20,000 nucleotides of DNA from an uncultured virus (IMG/VR IMGVR_UViG_3300042691_055981) (Duplodnaviria > Heunggongvirae > Uroviricota > Caudoviricetes): the IMG/VR virus record IMGVR_UViG_3300042691_055981. One strand, given 5' to 3'. Positions 1-8,951 of the stretch are shown piece after piece (position 1 is the first letter of the stretch; the number at the start of each line of letters is the position of its first letter). The position numbers were made by a program, and so were the translations under genes. The notes beneath the pieces are model-generated. The model made no database searches, was not told where the DNA came from, and saw only the letters and a list, made by a program, of their open reading frames with translations.

Positions 1-3000
1 TAAACAAACGTGGATGCTCCTGTAATGGTTGTTGTTCCAATGCCATATGCAACTTGATCCGCACCAAGATTGTAATATATTGCATCAATAGTTGTCCAGG
101 CAATACCAGAGTTTGTGGAGGTAAGCAGCTGACCTGTATTACCGCTTCCTACGGAATTATCATAAAGCCGACCAGATATGTTTATGTTTCGAACTGTTGA
201 GAAACCGCTAACATTAAACGTGCCGAAAACATCAAGATTGGAGAGGGGGTTATCTGTGTTGACACCCAGAAGTCCATTATTTAACACAAAAGTGCTAACG
301 CCTTGAATTGTATTTGCTGACGCACCGAAAGGAATTTGATTTACACTGATTGATCCACCGATAGTTCCGCCACCAGGACCGCCACCTGCTGAAGCAGACC
401 AAAGAACAGCTGTACCGATGGATGTAAGTACAGAATTGGCTAAGCCAGGTCTGCCAGCAAGATCTAATAAAAAGCTGGATATGGATGCACCAGCTAAAGT
501 GGAAATGCCAGTGACCCTCAGCTGTGTTAGTGTGCCGACAGACGTAATTCCAGAGTAAGTTCCACTGACTACCGCCGAAGGAACTGTTCCAGATGCAAGA
601 TTAGATGCATTAAGATTGGTTAAGCTTGTGCCTGGGCCGAAGTAACCAAGAGAAGTTACCACCCCGATTACATTAAGCTGAGTTAGATTACCTACAGATG
701 TAATTCCGGAATAGTTTCCAGCTACTCTAGCCGAAGGCACTGTTCCAGATGCTAAGCTAGATGCGTTCAGATTGGTTAAGTTTGTACCTGGGCCGTAAAA
801 CCCAAGAGAACTACTAAATCCATTAACGGACATTCCTAATCCAATCGTAATTACAGAACCATTATCGATTATATTTGAAGTGGTAAGCGAATTAGGGTTT
901 CCAAACTTAGCTATGTAATTAGTTAAACCATTTATTACTGTAGCTATACCGATTGTGTTAGCTGATGTCCATAGTATTCCAGAGCTGGTCGAAACCAGAA
1001 CCTGATTGGCCAATCCAGATGTATTAGATGAATCGAAAATATTTCCACGGAATCTTACATTACCAGAAACATCAAAGGCTTGCGTAGGAATAGATGTGTA
1101 GATTCCAACAGACCCAATCCCGGTGATAACAAAATAAGGACTGCCATTGGTGATTCGATCAATTTCCAGAAGATTTGCTGTTTGAGATGGCTGTCCGGCT
1201 AGATAAAATCCAGCGTGGCTTGCATTAAGAGTTTCTACATGTAATCTGGATAGAGGATTTAATGTACCAATTCCTAAATCGGTTCTTGTTGCATTTGTTA
1301 TTCCTCCCCATGCACCAGCATTAGCTCTTGCTGTCTTTATGGAAACACCAATTGCAATCTGATAATTGCCATCAGTCACTCCTACACCTCTTCCAATAGC
1401 TATATTATCTGAGCCAGTAAAAGGATTGGATGCATTATAGACAGAGTTGGCATTAGCTCCGATAAAGGTGTTTCCTTCAGCTACCGAACCTTCTTGGTAC
1501 CACCCGGCTTGGAAGCCGATAAGAGTGTTATTTTGTGACGCCGACAGGGTGTAAGTACCAAGCCCAGCATTAAAGCCAATAACCACAGAATTTCCGTGAG
1601 TGGCATACCTGGAGGCGTTATTACCTATCACCACCATCGCGGTATGATCTGTCACCGGATTATCTTTTGTCCCCGAGAAAGCGTCAGCCCCAATAACAAC
1701 AGAATTTCCGCTGTCAATGTCTAGAGTATTATTTACATTATAGTATGCGTCAGCACCAATAACTACTTTTGCAGAAGCCGGTCTGAAGTTTAATAGTTCG
1801 CTATGTGCATTATTGCCTATAATAACATGTGTGCTAATATCTTCGAATTGTTGATTGGTTTGATTACTGGAAGCGTTACTTCCTATCAATACGCCTTTGG
1901 TGGGCGGGTTATTAGAGTTAATATCAAATCCAATTACCACACTATAATCAGAATCACCACCACCAGTGCTCGCCCCGAATCCAATAATTGTATTAGTGAA
2001 GGAGTTTCCGGCACCTATATAGATATTGTCAACATAAATTTCGTTTGTAGTTTCAAGAGATCCGCGAGGACTGTCTGTTCCAATTCCTAATGAGCCATTA
2101 TTAAATACAAAGGTTCCAATACCTTGAATATTGTTTGGAGAAGCACCAAACGCAATCTGAGTTGCACTAATTGATCCGCCGATAGTACCACCACCAGCAC
2201 CTCCTGCAGATGCAGACCACAGGACTGCTGTGCCGATGGATGTAAGTACGGAATTAGCTAAACCAGGTCTGCCAGCAAGATCTAATAAAAAGCTGGATAT
2301 TGATGCACCAGCTAAAGTAGATATACCAGTAACCCTTAATTGAGTTAGTGTACCTACAGATGTAATTCCAGAGTAGTTACCGCTCACTCTATCTGAAGGA
2401 ACAGTTCCAGACGCAAGATTAGATGCATTAAGATTGGTTAAGTTTGTACCTGGACCGGTATATCCTAAGGATGTGACCACGCCTGTTACATTAACTACAC
2501 CAAATACATCAAGGTTAGCTACAGGATTGTTGGTATTTACACCCAGGAGTCCATTTATAAGAACAAAGGTTCCAACACCCTGAATATTGTTTGGAGAAGC
2601 ACCAAACGCAATCTGAGTTGCACTGATCGATCCGCCTATAGTGCCACCGCCAGGGGTTCCAGATCCTGGAGCCGCCCATAAAACTCCACCAGATCCAGTG
2701 GATGTCAAAACTGAATTAGCTAACCCTTGATTGTTGGAAGAGTCCCAAACCCCTCCACGCAATCTTACATTACCTGAAACATCAAAAGCTTGAGTAGGTA
2801 TAGATGTGTATACACCAATTGATCCAATTCCAGTGACAACTAGATATGGAAGGCCGTTTGTCGTCTGATCAAACCTGAGAAGATTGGCGGTTTGCGAGGG
2901 TTGCCCAGCAAGATAAAATCCACGGGCGGATGCAGATAGTGTCTCTACATGCAGTTTACTATTTGGTATAGTGGTGCCTATACCAAAATTGCCAGCAGGC

Positions 3001-6000
3001 ACTGTGATAGTACCGTTAGTAAATTCTAAATTCCTTGTCCCAGTTGGGTTTCTGAAAATTGTAAAGCCGTCACGGGCGAGCAATGTAAAGTCGTTAGCGG
3101 TGCCTGATCTACCCCCAACCGCAACAAATCCAAGGCTACCATCTTGGTAAAGGCGATTTTGGCCAGCAGCAAAACTACCGCCGTCAATTCGGACGTAGCC
3201 GCCAAAAGAGCCAAATCCGGCGGCGAGCAAACTTCCGTTTGTCAGTTGGAAATCAGATGTCCCCGTGGGATTGGAGAATACAATATTGCCTGAACCCGAT
3301 GTGAATGTCAGATCATTTCCAGAGCCCGCCCGACCAGAAAAAACCAATCCTAGCGAGCTGTCGTAATACATTCTGGCTTTATTGGAAAGGAAGGAGTCTT
3401 GACCCACCTCTATTCCGCCGCCCAAGGCCAATCTGCTCGTTGCAGCGTCAAAAGTCAGGTTGGTAGATGCCCCCAGCGTACCACCTGAATTAAACTGCAC
3501 CCAAGTGTTTCTACCAGCCGCAGGTACAGATGACCAAGAAATTCCTGTACCTGTGGAAATTAGAACAGATCTAGCAAGCCCAACATTGTTTACTGAATCA
3601 TAAATGGAACCAGATACTGCTAAATTGTTAACAGTAGAAAATCCAGTGACTCTCAATTGAGTGAGTGTACCTACAGATGTAATTCCAGAGTAAAAACCAC
3701 TAACTGTAGCCGAAGGCACTGTTCCAGATTCAAGGTTGGATGCATTAAGGTTAGTTAGGTTGGTGCCAGGTCCTGTGTAACCAAGTGATGTTACCACGCC
3801 TGTTACATTTACTACACCAAATACATCAAGATTAGCCAAGGGAGCGTTGGTATTAACACCCAGCAATCCATTTATAAGAACGAGGGTTCCAATGCCCTGT
3901 ATATTGTTAGGAGAAGCACCAAACGCAATCTGAGTTGCACTAATCGATCCACCGATAGTACCACCCCCACCTCCACCTCCACCTGCGGAAGCAGACCAAA
4001 GAACAGCCGTGCCTATGGATGTAAGCACAGAATTAGCTAAACCAGGTCTACCAGCAAGATCTAATAAAAAGCTAGATATGGAGGCTCCAGCTAAAGTAGA
4101 TATTCCTGTGACCCTTAGCTGAGTTAGTGTTCCAACAGATGTAATTCCAGAATAAGTTCCACTCAATACAACTGAAGGCACAGTTCCAGATGCGAGATTG
4201 GATGCATTAAGATTGGTTAAGTTTGTTCCATCTCCTGTATATCCTGTGGCAGATGCAATACCGATTACATTAAGATTAGTAAGATTGCCGACAGATGTAA
4301 TTCCAGAGTAGCTGCCGCTCACTCTAGCCGAAGGCACTGTTCCAGATGCAATATTAGATGCATTCAGGTTGGTTAAATTTGTGCCTGGGCCGTAGAATCC
4401 AAGTGAACTACTAAATCCATTTACAGACATCCCAAGGCCAATTGTGATTACAGAGCCATTGTCGATTATATTTGAAGTGGTAAGGGAATTGGGGCTACCA
4501 AATTTAGCTAAGTAATTAGCTACACCATTGATTCCTGTAACTATTCCGATTGTGTTAGCTGATGTCCACAGGATTCCAGAACTGGTTGAAACCAGAATCT
4601 GATTAGCTGTTCCAGATGTATTAGATGAATCGAAGATATTTCCACGGAATCTTACATTACCAAGAACATCAAAAGCTTGAGTAGGGACAGATGTGTAGAT
4701 TCCAACAGAACCAATTCCGTTAATAACAAAATAAGGATTACCATTGATAATTTGATCAATCCTGAAGAGGTTTGCCGTTTGTGAGGGTTGTCCGGCCAGA
4801 TAAAATCCAGCGTTAGCTGCATTGAGGGTTGCAACATGCAATCTTGCCAATGGATTTAATGTACCAATACCCAGATCGGTTCTTGTTGCATTTGTTATTC
4901 CGCCCCAAGCACCCGCATTGGATCTAGCTGTGCGGGTATTGCCGTCAATTCCGATAGCAATTTGGTAATTGCCATTAGTTACTCCCGCTCCAGCCCCAAT
5001 TGCTATATTATTTTCGCCAGTGAATGGGTTAGTGGGTGAATAGCTTACGTTTACACTATTGCCAATGAATGTATTATTGTTAGAATTAGACATGTATGGG
5101 CCAGCATATGCACCAACTATTGTATTATTACTGTTTGATGATAAAGTAAATGTCCCAAACCCTGCAACATTGCCTATTACAACCGAATTACCATGACTTA
5201 CGGCAAAAACAGCACCATAACCAATAACTACAGAGTTTCCTCCTCCGCTGTCTTGCATCGGAGTAGCAGGAGTGCCACTGTAAGCATCATGCCCGATTAC
5301 TGTTGATGTACTAAATACATCGTTGTTCTCAACATAGCGATAAGCATTATTACCGATAATAAGCATGCCAGAGTTAGTGGAGCCATTATAATTATCGCTT
5401 AATGCATTGTTTCCGATGACAATCGTGGAGCCAGGATTTTCAATACCAAAAGTATTATTAGTATTAGCTGAATCACCGATATAAACACCCGGCATTATAG
5501 TATCATTCGCGGTTCCCTGGTTTACATTTCTTCCAATTATAGTGGCCCTTTCAACAAATGCAAACCCAAAGCTAGTAGCACCAAAACCGATAATTGTATT
5601 AGTGAAGGAGTTCCCAGCACCAATATAGATTTTGTCTACATAAATTTCTTCTGTAGTTTCAAAGGATCCACGAGGATTTGTTAATCCAATACCCAACGAG
5701 CCATTTCTGAAGACAAAAGTGCTGATGCCCTGGATAGTGTTTGATGATGAGCCGAACGCCACTTGGTTTGAAGAAATTGATCCACCTATGCTTGCAGATG
5801 AAGCAGGAATCCATTCTACACCATTTGTGGTAGAAGATAATATTTGACCAGCCGTTCCGGGGCTGAAATTTCTGTCATAAAATGGCCCGCTTAAATTTAA
5901 TGAACTAAATGTAGATAATCCTACGGAGAAGATTTGAGAAAACGATGCGATTCCTGAAACAGTGATTGTATTTGACACAATCTTGCCAGAGAGCGGGAAG

Positions 6001-6293
6001 AATTGAATGGCGGGAAAGCTGGAAATCCCAGTGAAAGAACCAGCATAGTCTTGGTACGGCCCAACAAATTTTCTTTGATTATTGAGTGTTCCAATTCCGC
6101 CAAGAAGAATTACTGGCTCTGAATTTTGTTCCCAGTTATAGATTGTGGAACGTAAATCATCAACATTTGGGGTAAAAACAAAGGTGCCGACACCAGATTC
6201 ATACCATTTTAAATCAATCTGGGAAACAGATGTGCTAAGCCCACTGTAAGAACCCGGAGTAATCAATATGCTTTTATTAGTCTGTGCTGCCAT
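1..6293 (-). CDS. Giant modular tail fibre / adhesin-like protein, >2097 aa, 3' end beyond the window
   Basis: The ATG at 6293-6291 abuts the TAA of the upstream gene. Manual translation (MAAQTNKSILITPGSYSG...AYGIGTTTITGASTFV) stays in one frame to position 3; a stop would have put this ORF in the supplied track. It is G/S/T/N-rich, with LGIGTxxP motifs, NSVVIG/NNTFIG/NNIAIG repeats resembling the YadA-head beta-roll, and GTNLTNLNASNLASGTVPS repeats. Confidence 0.88.
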   Translation of the reverse strand, partial: MAAQTNKSILITPGSYSGLSTSVSQIDLKWYESGVGTFVFTPNVDDLRSTIYNWEQNSEPVILLGGIGTLNNQRKFVGPYQDYAGSFTGISSFPAIQFFPLSGKIVSNTITVSGIASFSQIFSVGLSTFSSLNLSGPFYDRNFSPGTAGQILSSTTNGVEWIPASSASIGGSISSNQVAFGSSSNTIQGISTFVFRNGSLGIGLTNPRGSFETTEEIYVDKIYIGAGNSFTNTIIGFGATSFGFAFVERATIIGRNVNQGTANDTIMPGVYIGDSANTNNTFGIENPGSTIVIGNNALSDNYNGSTNSGMLIIGNNAYRYVENNDVFSTSTVIGHDAYSGTPATPMQDSGGGNSVVIGYGAVFAVSHGNSVVIGNVAGFGTFTLSSNSNNTIVGAYAGPYMSNSNNNTFIGNSVNVSYSPTNPFTGENNIAIGAGAGVTNGNYQIAIGIDGNTRTARSNAGAWGGITNATRTDLGIGTLNPLARLHVATLNAANAGFYLAGQPSQTANLFRIDQIINGNPYFVINGIGSVGIYTSVPTQAFDVLGNVRFRGNIFDSSNTSGTANQILVSTSSGILWTSANTIGIVTGINGVANYLAKFGSPNSLTTSNIIDNGSVITIGLGMSVNGFSSSLGFYGPGTNLTNLNASNIASGTVPSARVSGSYSGITSVGNLTNLNVIGIASATGYTGDGTNLTNLNASNLASGTVPSVVLSGTYSGITSVGTLTQLRVTGISTLAGASISSFLLDLAGRPGLANSVLTSIGTAVLWSASAGGGGGGGGTIGGSISATQIAFGASPNNIQGIGTLVLINGLLGVNTNAPLANLDVFGVVNVTGVVTSLGYTGPGTNLTNLNASNLESGTVPSATVSGFYSGITSVGTLTQLRVTGFSTVNNLAVSGSIYDSVNNVGLARSVLISTGTGISWSSVPAAGRNTWVQFNSGGTLGASTNLTFDAATSRLALGGGIEVGQDSFLSNKARMYYDSSLGLVFSGRAGSGNDLTFTSGSGNIVFSNPTGTSDFQLTNGSLLAAGFGSFGGYVRIDGGSFAAGQNRLYQDGSLGFVAVGGRSGTANDFTLLARDGFTIFRNPTGTRNLEFTNGTITVPAGNFGIGTTIPNSKLHVETLSASARGFYLAGQPSQTANLLRFDQTTNGLPYLVVTGIGSIGVYTSIPTQAFDVSGNVRLRGGVWDSSNNQGLANSVLTSTGSGGVLWAAPGSGTPGGGTIGGSISATQIAFGASPNNIQGVGTFVLINGLLGVNTNNPVANLDVFGVVNVTGVVTSLGYTGPGTNLTNLNASNLASGTVPSDRVSGNYSGITSVGTLTQLRVTGISTLAGASISSFLLDLAGRPGLANSVLTSIGTAVLWSASAGGAGGGTIGGSISATQIAFGASPNNIQGIGTFVFNNGSLGIGTDSPRGSLETTNEIYVDNIYIGAGNSFTNTIIGFGASTGGGDSDYSVVIGFDINSNNPPTKGVLIGSNASSNQTNQQFEDISTHVIIGNNAHSELLNFRPASAKVVIGADAYYNVNNTLDIDSGNSVVIGADAFSGTKDNPVTDHTAMVVIGNNASRYATHGNSVVIGFNAGLGTYTLSASQNNTLIGFQAGWYQEGSVAEGNTFIGANANSVYNASNPFTGSDNIAIGRGVGVTDGNYQIAIGVSIKTARANAGAWGGITNATRTDLGIGTLNPLSRLHVETLNASHAGFYLAGQPSQTANLLEIDRITNGSPYFVITGIGSVGIYTSIPTQAFDVSGNVRFRGNIFDSSNTSGLANQVLVSTSSGILWTSANTIGIATVINGLTNYIAKFGNPNSLTTSNIIDNGSVITIGLGMSVNGFSSSLGFYGPGTNLTNLNASSLASGTVPSARVAGNYSGITSVGNLTQLNVIGVVTSLGYFGPGTSLTNLNASNLASGTVPSAVVSGTYSGITSVGTLTQLRVTGISTLAGASISSFLLDLAGRPGLANSVLTSIGTAVLWSASAGGGPGGGTIGGSISVNQIPFGASANTIQGVSTFVLNNGLLGVNTDNPLSNLDVFGTFNVSGFSTVRNINISGRLYDNSVGSGNTGQLLTSTNSGIAWTTIDAIYYNLGADQVAYGIGTTTITGASTFV
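225..2160 (-). repeat. Long internal direct repeat, copy 2 in the fibre gene
   Basis: See copy 1. The stalk segment (~225-1340 vs ~3820-4940) differs mainly at synonymous positions. The head segment (~1340-1980 vs ~4940-5580) is strongly diverged. Confidence 0.9.
520..4400 (-). repeat. Six dispersed copies of a ~52-aa G(P/D)GT(N/S)LTNLNASxxxSGTVPSxxVxGxYSGITSVGxLTxLxVxG unit
   Basis: Cores lie near 595-635, 755-790, 2410-2450, 3730-3770, 4190-4230 and 4350-4385. Adjacent pairs are exactly 156 nt apart (585/741 and 4182/4338). Confidence 0.9.
3820..5760 (-). repeat. Long internal direct repeat, copy 1 (~1.9 kb) in the fibre gene
   Basis: Matches 225-2160 at an offset of ~3594-3606. Examples: 4621 ttagatgaatcgaagatatttccacggaatcttacattacc vs 1024 ttagatgaatcgaaaatatttccacggaatcttacattacc; 4051 vs 454 ccagcaagatctaataaaaagct. 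Boundaries are approximate. Confidence 0.9.
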
Positions 6294-6650
6294 TTAAAAT
6301 ATCCCGTCAGTGATAACCTTAATGTCTCCTGAAACCGCCACCTTCGTGGATGTTGGGTCGTCTTGAATTTGGAACTTATATTTGTACTCCCCAACCTGTG
6401 TTAAAACATAATTTATATAATAAACTCCGGCCTCTTCTTCTTCAACTGCGGGAGTGGCGGAGTAAACCCCTGTGCCATTATTAAAGCTAGACTGCGTAAT
6501 GTTGGGGTCGTTTGAAATTATTTGGTTATTTGGTGTAAGGATATACCAATAGATAACGCGGGAGCTGCTCAATCCTACAAGATTATTGTTGCTATCCAAA
6601 ACTTCAAACGAAATTTTAGAATTCGTATTTCTGTAAAATAAGTTCGCCAC
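6294..6650 (-). CDS. Hypothetical beta-rich (Ig-like) virion/baseplate-associated protein, 118 aa
   Basis: GTG start; the stop abuts the fibre ATG. The pattern GVYYINYVLTQVGEYKYKFQ suggests a beta-sandwich. Structural role inferred from context. Confidence 0.6.
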   Translation of the reverse strand: MANLFYRNTNSKISFEVLDSNNNLVGLSSSRVIYWYILTPNNQIISNDPNITQSSFNNGTGVYSATPAVEEEEAGVYYINYVLTQVGEYKYKFQIQDDPTSTKVAVSGDIKVITDGIF

Positions 6651-6674
6651 GTTATTATATTTGAATTATTGATT

Positions 6675-6887
6675 CTAAAAACCTGTTTGCGGATTGGTGC
6701 TAATTGTCTTTATCGCCTCAACTTTTGAACGAACAAATCTAGGCTCTACTCCGGTAACAATCGTGCCATTATCTGGTATAATTGCAACAACCGCAGTTCT
6801 GCCCTTTCGAAATGAATAGGATACCTGACCTGATACTACAAAAAAATCTGAAAAGGTCCCGCCGGCAAATGTTAAATCGCCAAACAT
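6675..6887 (-). CDS. Small hypothetical virion-associated protein, 70 aa
   Basis: The ATG abuts the upstream TAA. The N-terminus MFGDLTFAGGTFS resembles small genes I recall following MALVxKDR-type genes in phage tail modules (recalled pattern, not searched). Confidence 0.55.
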   Translation of the reverse strand: MFGDLTFAGGTFSDFFVVSGQVSYSFRKGRTAVVAIIPDNGTIVTGVEPRFVRSKVEAIKTISTNPQTGF

Positions 6888-7763
6888 TTATGACTCCAAT
6901 GAGAATTTTGTATCAGTTCTTGATCCTATAATTAAATAATTATACTCAATTGGCTTTAAAGATGGAATTAAATTCTTGATTATAAACGAATTTTTCATTT
7001 TCACAATCTTAAAAGGCATAAAGGAGTTAGATGTAACGGCGATTGTAGGATTTTCTGAAATTTTTAAGAAATAATCGGGCAAAATAATCTCCGCACACCA
7101 TCTTGTTTTTATAATTCCCCGCTGATACATTCCGTATTCTGGGCCTTCAAGACAACCATGTATTAAGAATTTGTTTTTCAAGATTGGGTGTTTGATTTTG
7201 AAAGCCTTAGCAGTGGCCTGAATTACACCATTCACGAATAATTCCGGGGTATTTCCGGGGTAAAATTTTAAATCTGGGTCGGCTTGGTAATTCGTGGTAG
7301 TGGAATCATAAAACATAACGGAGGAGTCAATAGTTCCCCCAAGAGCTGACCCATTCTGTATTGGTTCTATTAGTTCATATTGAGATCCCGTCCACTTAAT
7401 TAAATGAAACGCCGCTGGCGTGGGCTGAGCTGAAACTAGAACAGATAGCTCAGAGGCATTGGTGATAAATACATCAGCTGTATTTCCGTTAAAATTTATT
7501 AAACTTGTTGTTCCGCTGGAATTAGATAAAACAGTATTTCGCGTGACCACTCCATAGGGGGATCCGGAAGTACCAGGATCAATATATGCTCCAATACCCA
7601 CTTCGAATTGAGTGCCGTTTACTATTGCGTAAGGAAAGGTGTCTGCACCCAAGCTGGCATTTTGGAACTGCACATAAGAATCTACAGGATTGGTGAGAGT
7701 AACATTTCCTGTGCCCGCAGGCGAAGCCTTTTGCCTAATTCTATCTTTGTAAACAAGTGCCAT
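6888..7763 (-). CDS. Putative tail-fibre-associated structural protein, 291 aa
   Basis: The N-terminal MALVYKDR...GTGNVTL...FEVGIG...RNTVLSNS domain and the C-terminal KxFxIxHP...LIHGCLEGPE...RG domain are both patterns recurrent in phage tail/fibre proteins. Confidence 0.65.
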   Translation of the reverse strand: MALVYKDRIRQKASPAGTGNVTLTNPVDSYVQFQNASLGADTFPYAIVNGTQFEVGIGAYIDPGTSGSPYGVVTRNTVLSNSSGTTSLINFNGNTADVFITNASELSVLVSAQPTPAAFHLIKWTGSQYELIEPIQNGSALGGTIDSSVMFYDSTTTNYQADPDLKFYPGNTPELFVNGVIQATAKAFKIKHPILKNKFLIHGCLEGPEYGMYQRGIIKTRWCAEIILPDYFLKISENPTIAVTSNSFMPFKIVKMKNSFIIKNLIPSLKPIEYNYLIIGSRTDTKFSLES

Positions 7764-7814
7764 TAATTAATTATTCTTAAAGGCAACCCAATCTCACTTG
7801 CCGAATTAATAATT

Positions 7815-8060
7815 ATGTTCGGGGAAGAAAGAAATTATGGTAATTACGGGAGTGACGTAAAAACATGCTCCCTGTGTAACGACGGCATGCCCCTTAAAAC
7901 ATATGCTACCTGCGATGGATGTAAGAAGTTTTTTTGCTTTAGTCACCGTCCGCTCTTTGCCAAAGAATGGTTTTGCCCGCTCTGTGAGGATAACTTTAAA
8001 GCTTTTATTCAGCCTTTAAAAGAGGCTAATATAGCTGAGTTTTTCAAACGGCTGGGCTAG
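7815..8060 (+). CDS. Small binuclear zinc-finger protein (AN1/B-box-like), 81 aa
   Basis: C-x2-C-x11-C-x2-C-x4-C-x2-H-x9-C-x2-C gives 8 potential ligands. The ORF fills the gap between minus-strand genes. Confidence 0.7.
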   Translation: MFGEERNYGNYGSDVKTCSLCNDGMPLKTYATCDGCKKFFCFSHRPLFAKEWFCPLCEDNFKAFIQPLKEANIAEFFKRLG

Positions 8061-8061
8061 T

Positions 8062-8676
8062 TCACTTTTTAAACCAAACTATAGACATGATGCCGAATTG
8101 GGACAAAACGCCAACAATTGCCAGCAGAGCTCCAGCTGCCCAAAGAAACACCTTATATTTATCAATTGTCTTTTTGAACCCGGAGACTAAAACGCTTTGC
8201 TCCAGGATTCCAGAGCTAAGATGATCTATTTTCTTGATCAATAAATCATATTGAGAATTCGAGTCAGTGGATTCCATATTAAGCATGTCTTTGGTTCTCT
8301 TAGAGTTATCCACAACATCCTCAATCATATCAAATAGTTTTTGGTTGCTACCAGCCATTTCATTAATTAAATCTTTCAGCTTGTTCTCAAATGACTGCAG
8401 GCTAGATTTAATTTTATCAAGATCATCGTCTATGGTCTTGTGCTGATACTGGTTTTCATTGAAAAACTTATTTAAATCTAAAAGCAAGGATTGAAACTTT
8501 TTATTAAGATCTCTATAGTCTTCTAAAAGATGATTGTTGTTTTCACTAACATTGTCTCTGATTTGAGCTGTTTGTTCTATGATTTTAACCAATGCATTAG
8601 AAAACTCAACATACGCCTGGGTTTGGGCGGATATTCTTTCAGATAATGTTGTGAAGTCGTAGTTTCTATCGTCCAT
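8062..8676 (-). CDS. Coiled-coil protein with C-terminal transmembrane helix, 204 aa
   Basis: Heptad-rich body; hydrophobic VFLWAAGALLAIVGVLSQFGIMSIVWF followed by KK. TAATG overlap with the upstream gene at 8676. Confidence 0.75.
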   Translation of the reverse strand: MDDRNYDFTTLSERISAQTQAYVEFSNALVKIIEQTAQIRDNVSENNNHLLEDYRDLNKKFQSLLLDLNKFFNENQYQHKTIDDDLDKIKSSLQSFENKLKDLINEMAGSNQKLFDMIEDVVDNSKRTKDMLNMESTDSNSQYDLLIKKIDHLSSGILEQSVLVSGFKKTIDKYKVFLWAAGALLAIVGVLSQFGIMSIVWFKK

Positions 8677-8951
8677 TATAATAATGCCATTGCTTGGTTG
8701 AGTTTAATTTGCGATTGATGTAGTAAATAAAGTTCGCAATTAATTATTTCACATAAAATAAAATCGCCGAGTTTTTTCTCGACGATATTGCAATTTAAAT
8801 TCTCGGCACGCTCTTTGTAATTTTTAGGCGTAAATCCTTGATGAACAAAATTTTCATTTACTAACACAATCTTGTCGTCAATTTCAATAAAAGATGGTTT
8901 GTCGCTTTCGTTAAGAACTAATTGCAATGCTTTCTTTGTTTCGCTTGTCAT
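8676..8951 (-). CDS. Hypothetical protein, possibly a minimal PAS-like domain, 91 aa
   Basis: LVLNESDKPSFIEIDDKIVLVNENF resembles the N-terminal PAS signature. It overlaps both neighbours. The fold call is tentative. Confidence 0.5.
   Translation of the reverse strand: MTSETKKALQLVLNESDKPSFIEIDDKIVLVNENFVHQGFTPKNYKERAENLNCNIVEKKLGDFILCEIINCELYLLHQSQIKLNQAMALL

Noticed and set aside
300..4400. Recurring DNA words as a CRISPR array
   Set aside because: Spacing is irregular and hundreds of nt long, and the repeats vary at codon third positions, so they are protein repeats.
225..5760. Fibre repeats as the template and variable repeats of a diversity-generating retroelement
   Set aside because: In the segments inspected, differences are mostly synonymous and not adenine-specific. 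All copies are in-frame coding, and no reverse transcriptase is in the window.
1803..6103. Track ORFs 1803-2090, 3026-3214, 4652-4837 and 5921-6103
   Set aside because: All lie antisense or out of frame within the giant fibre gene and have no recognisable motifs.
1..6293. Invertase/shufflon-type switching of fibre heads
   Set aside because: All modules are direct repeats in one frame. No inverted cassettes or recombinase gene were seen in the window.
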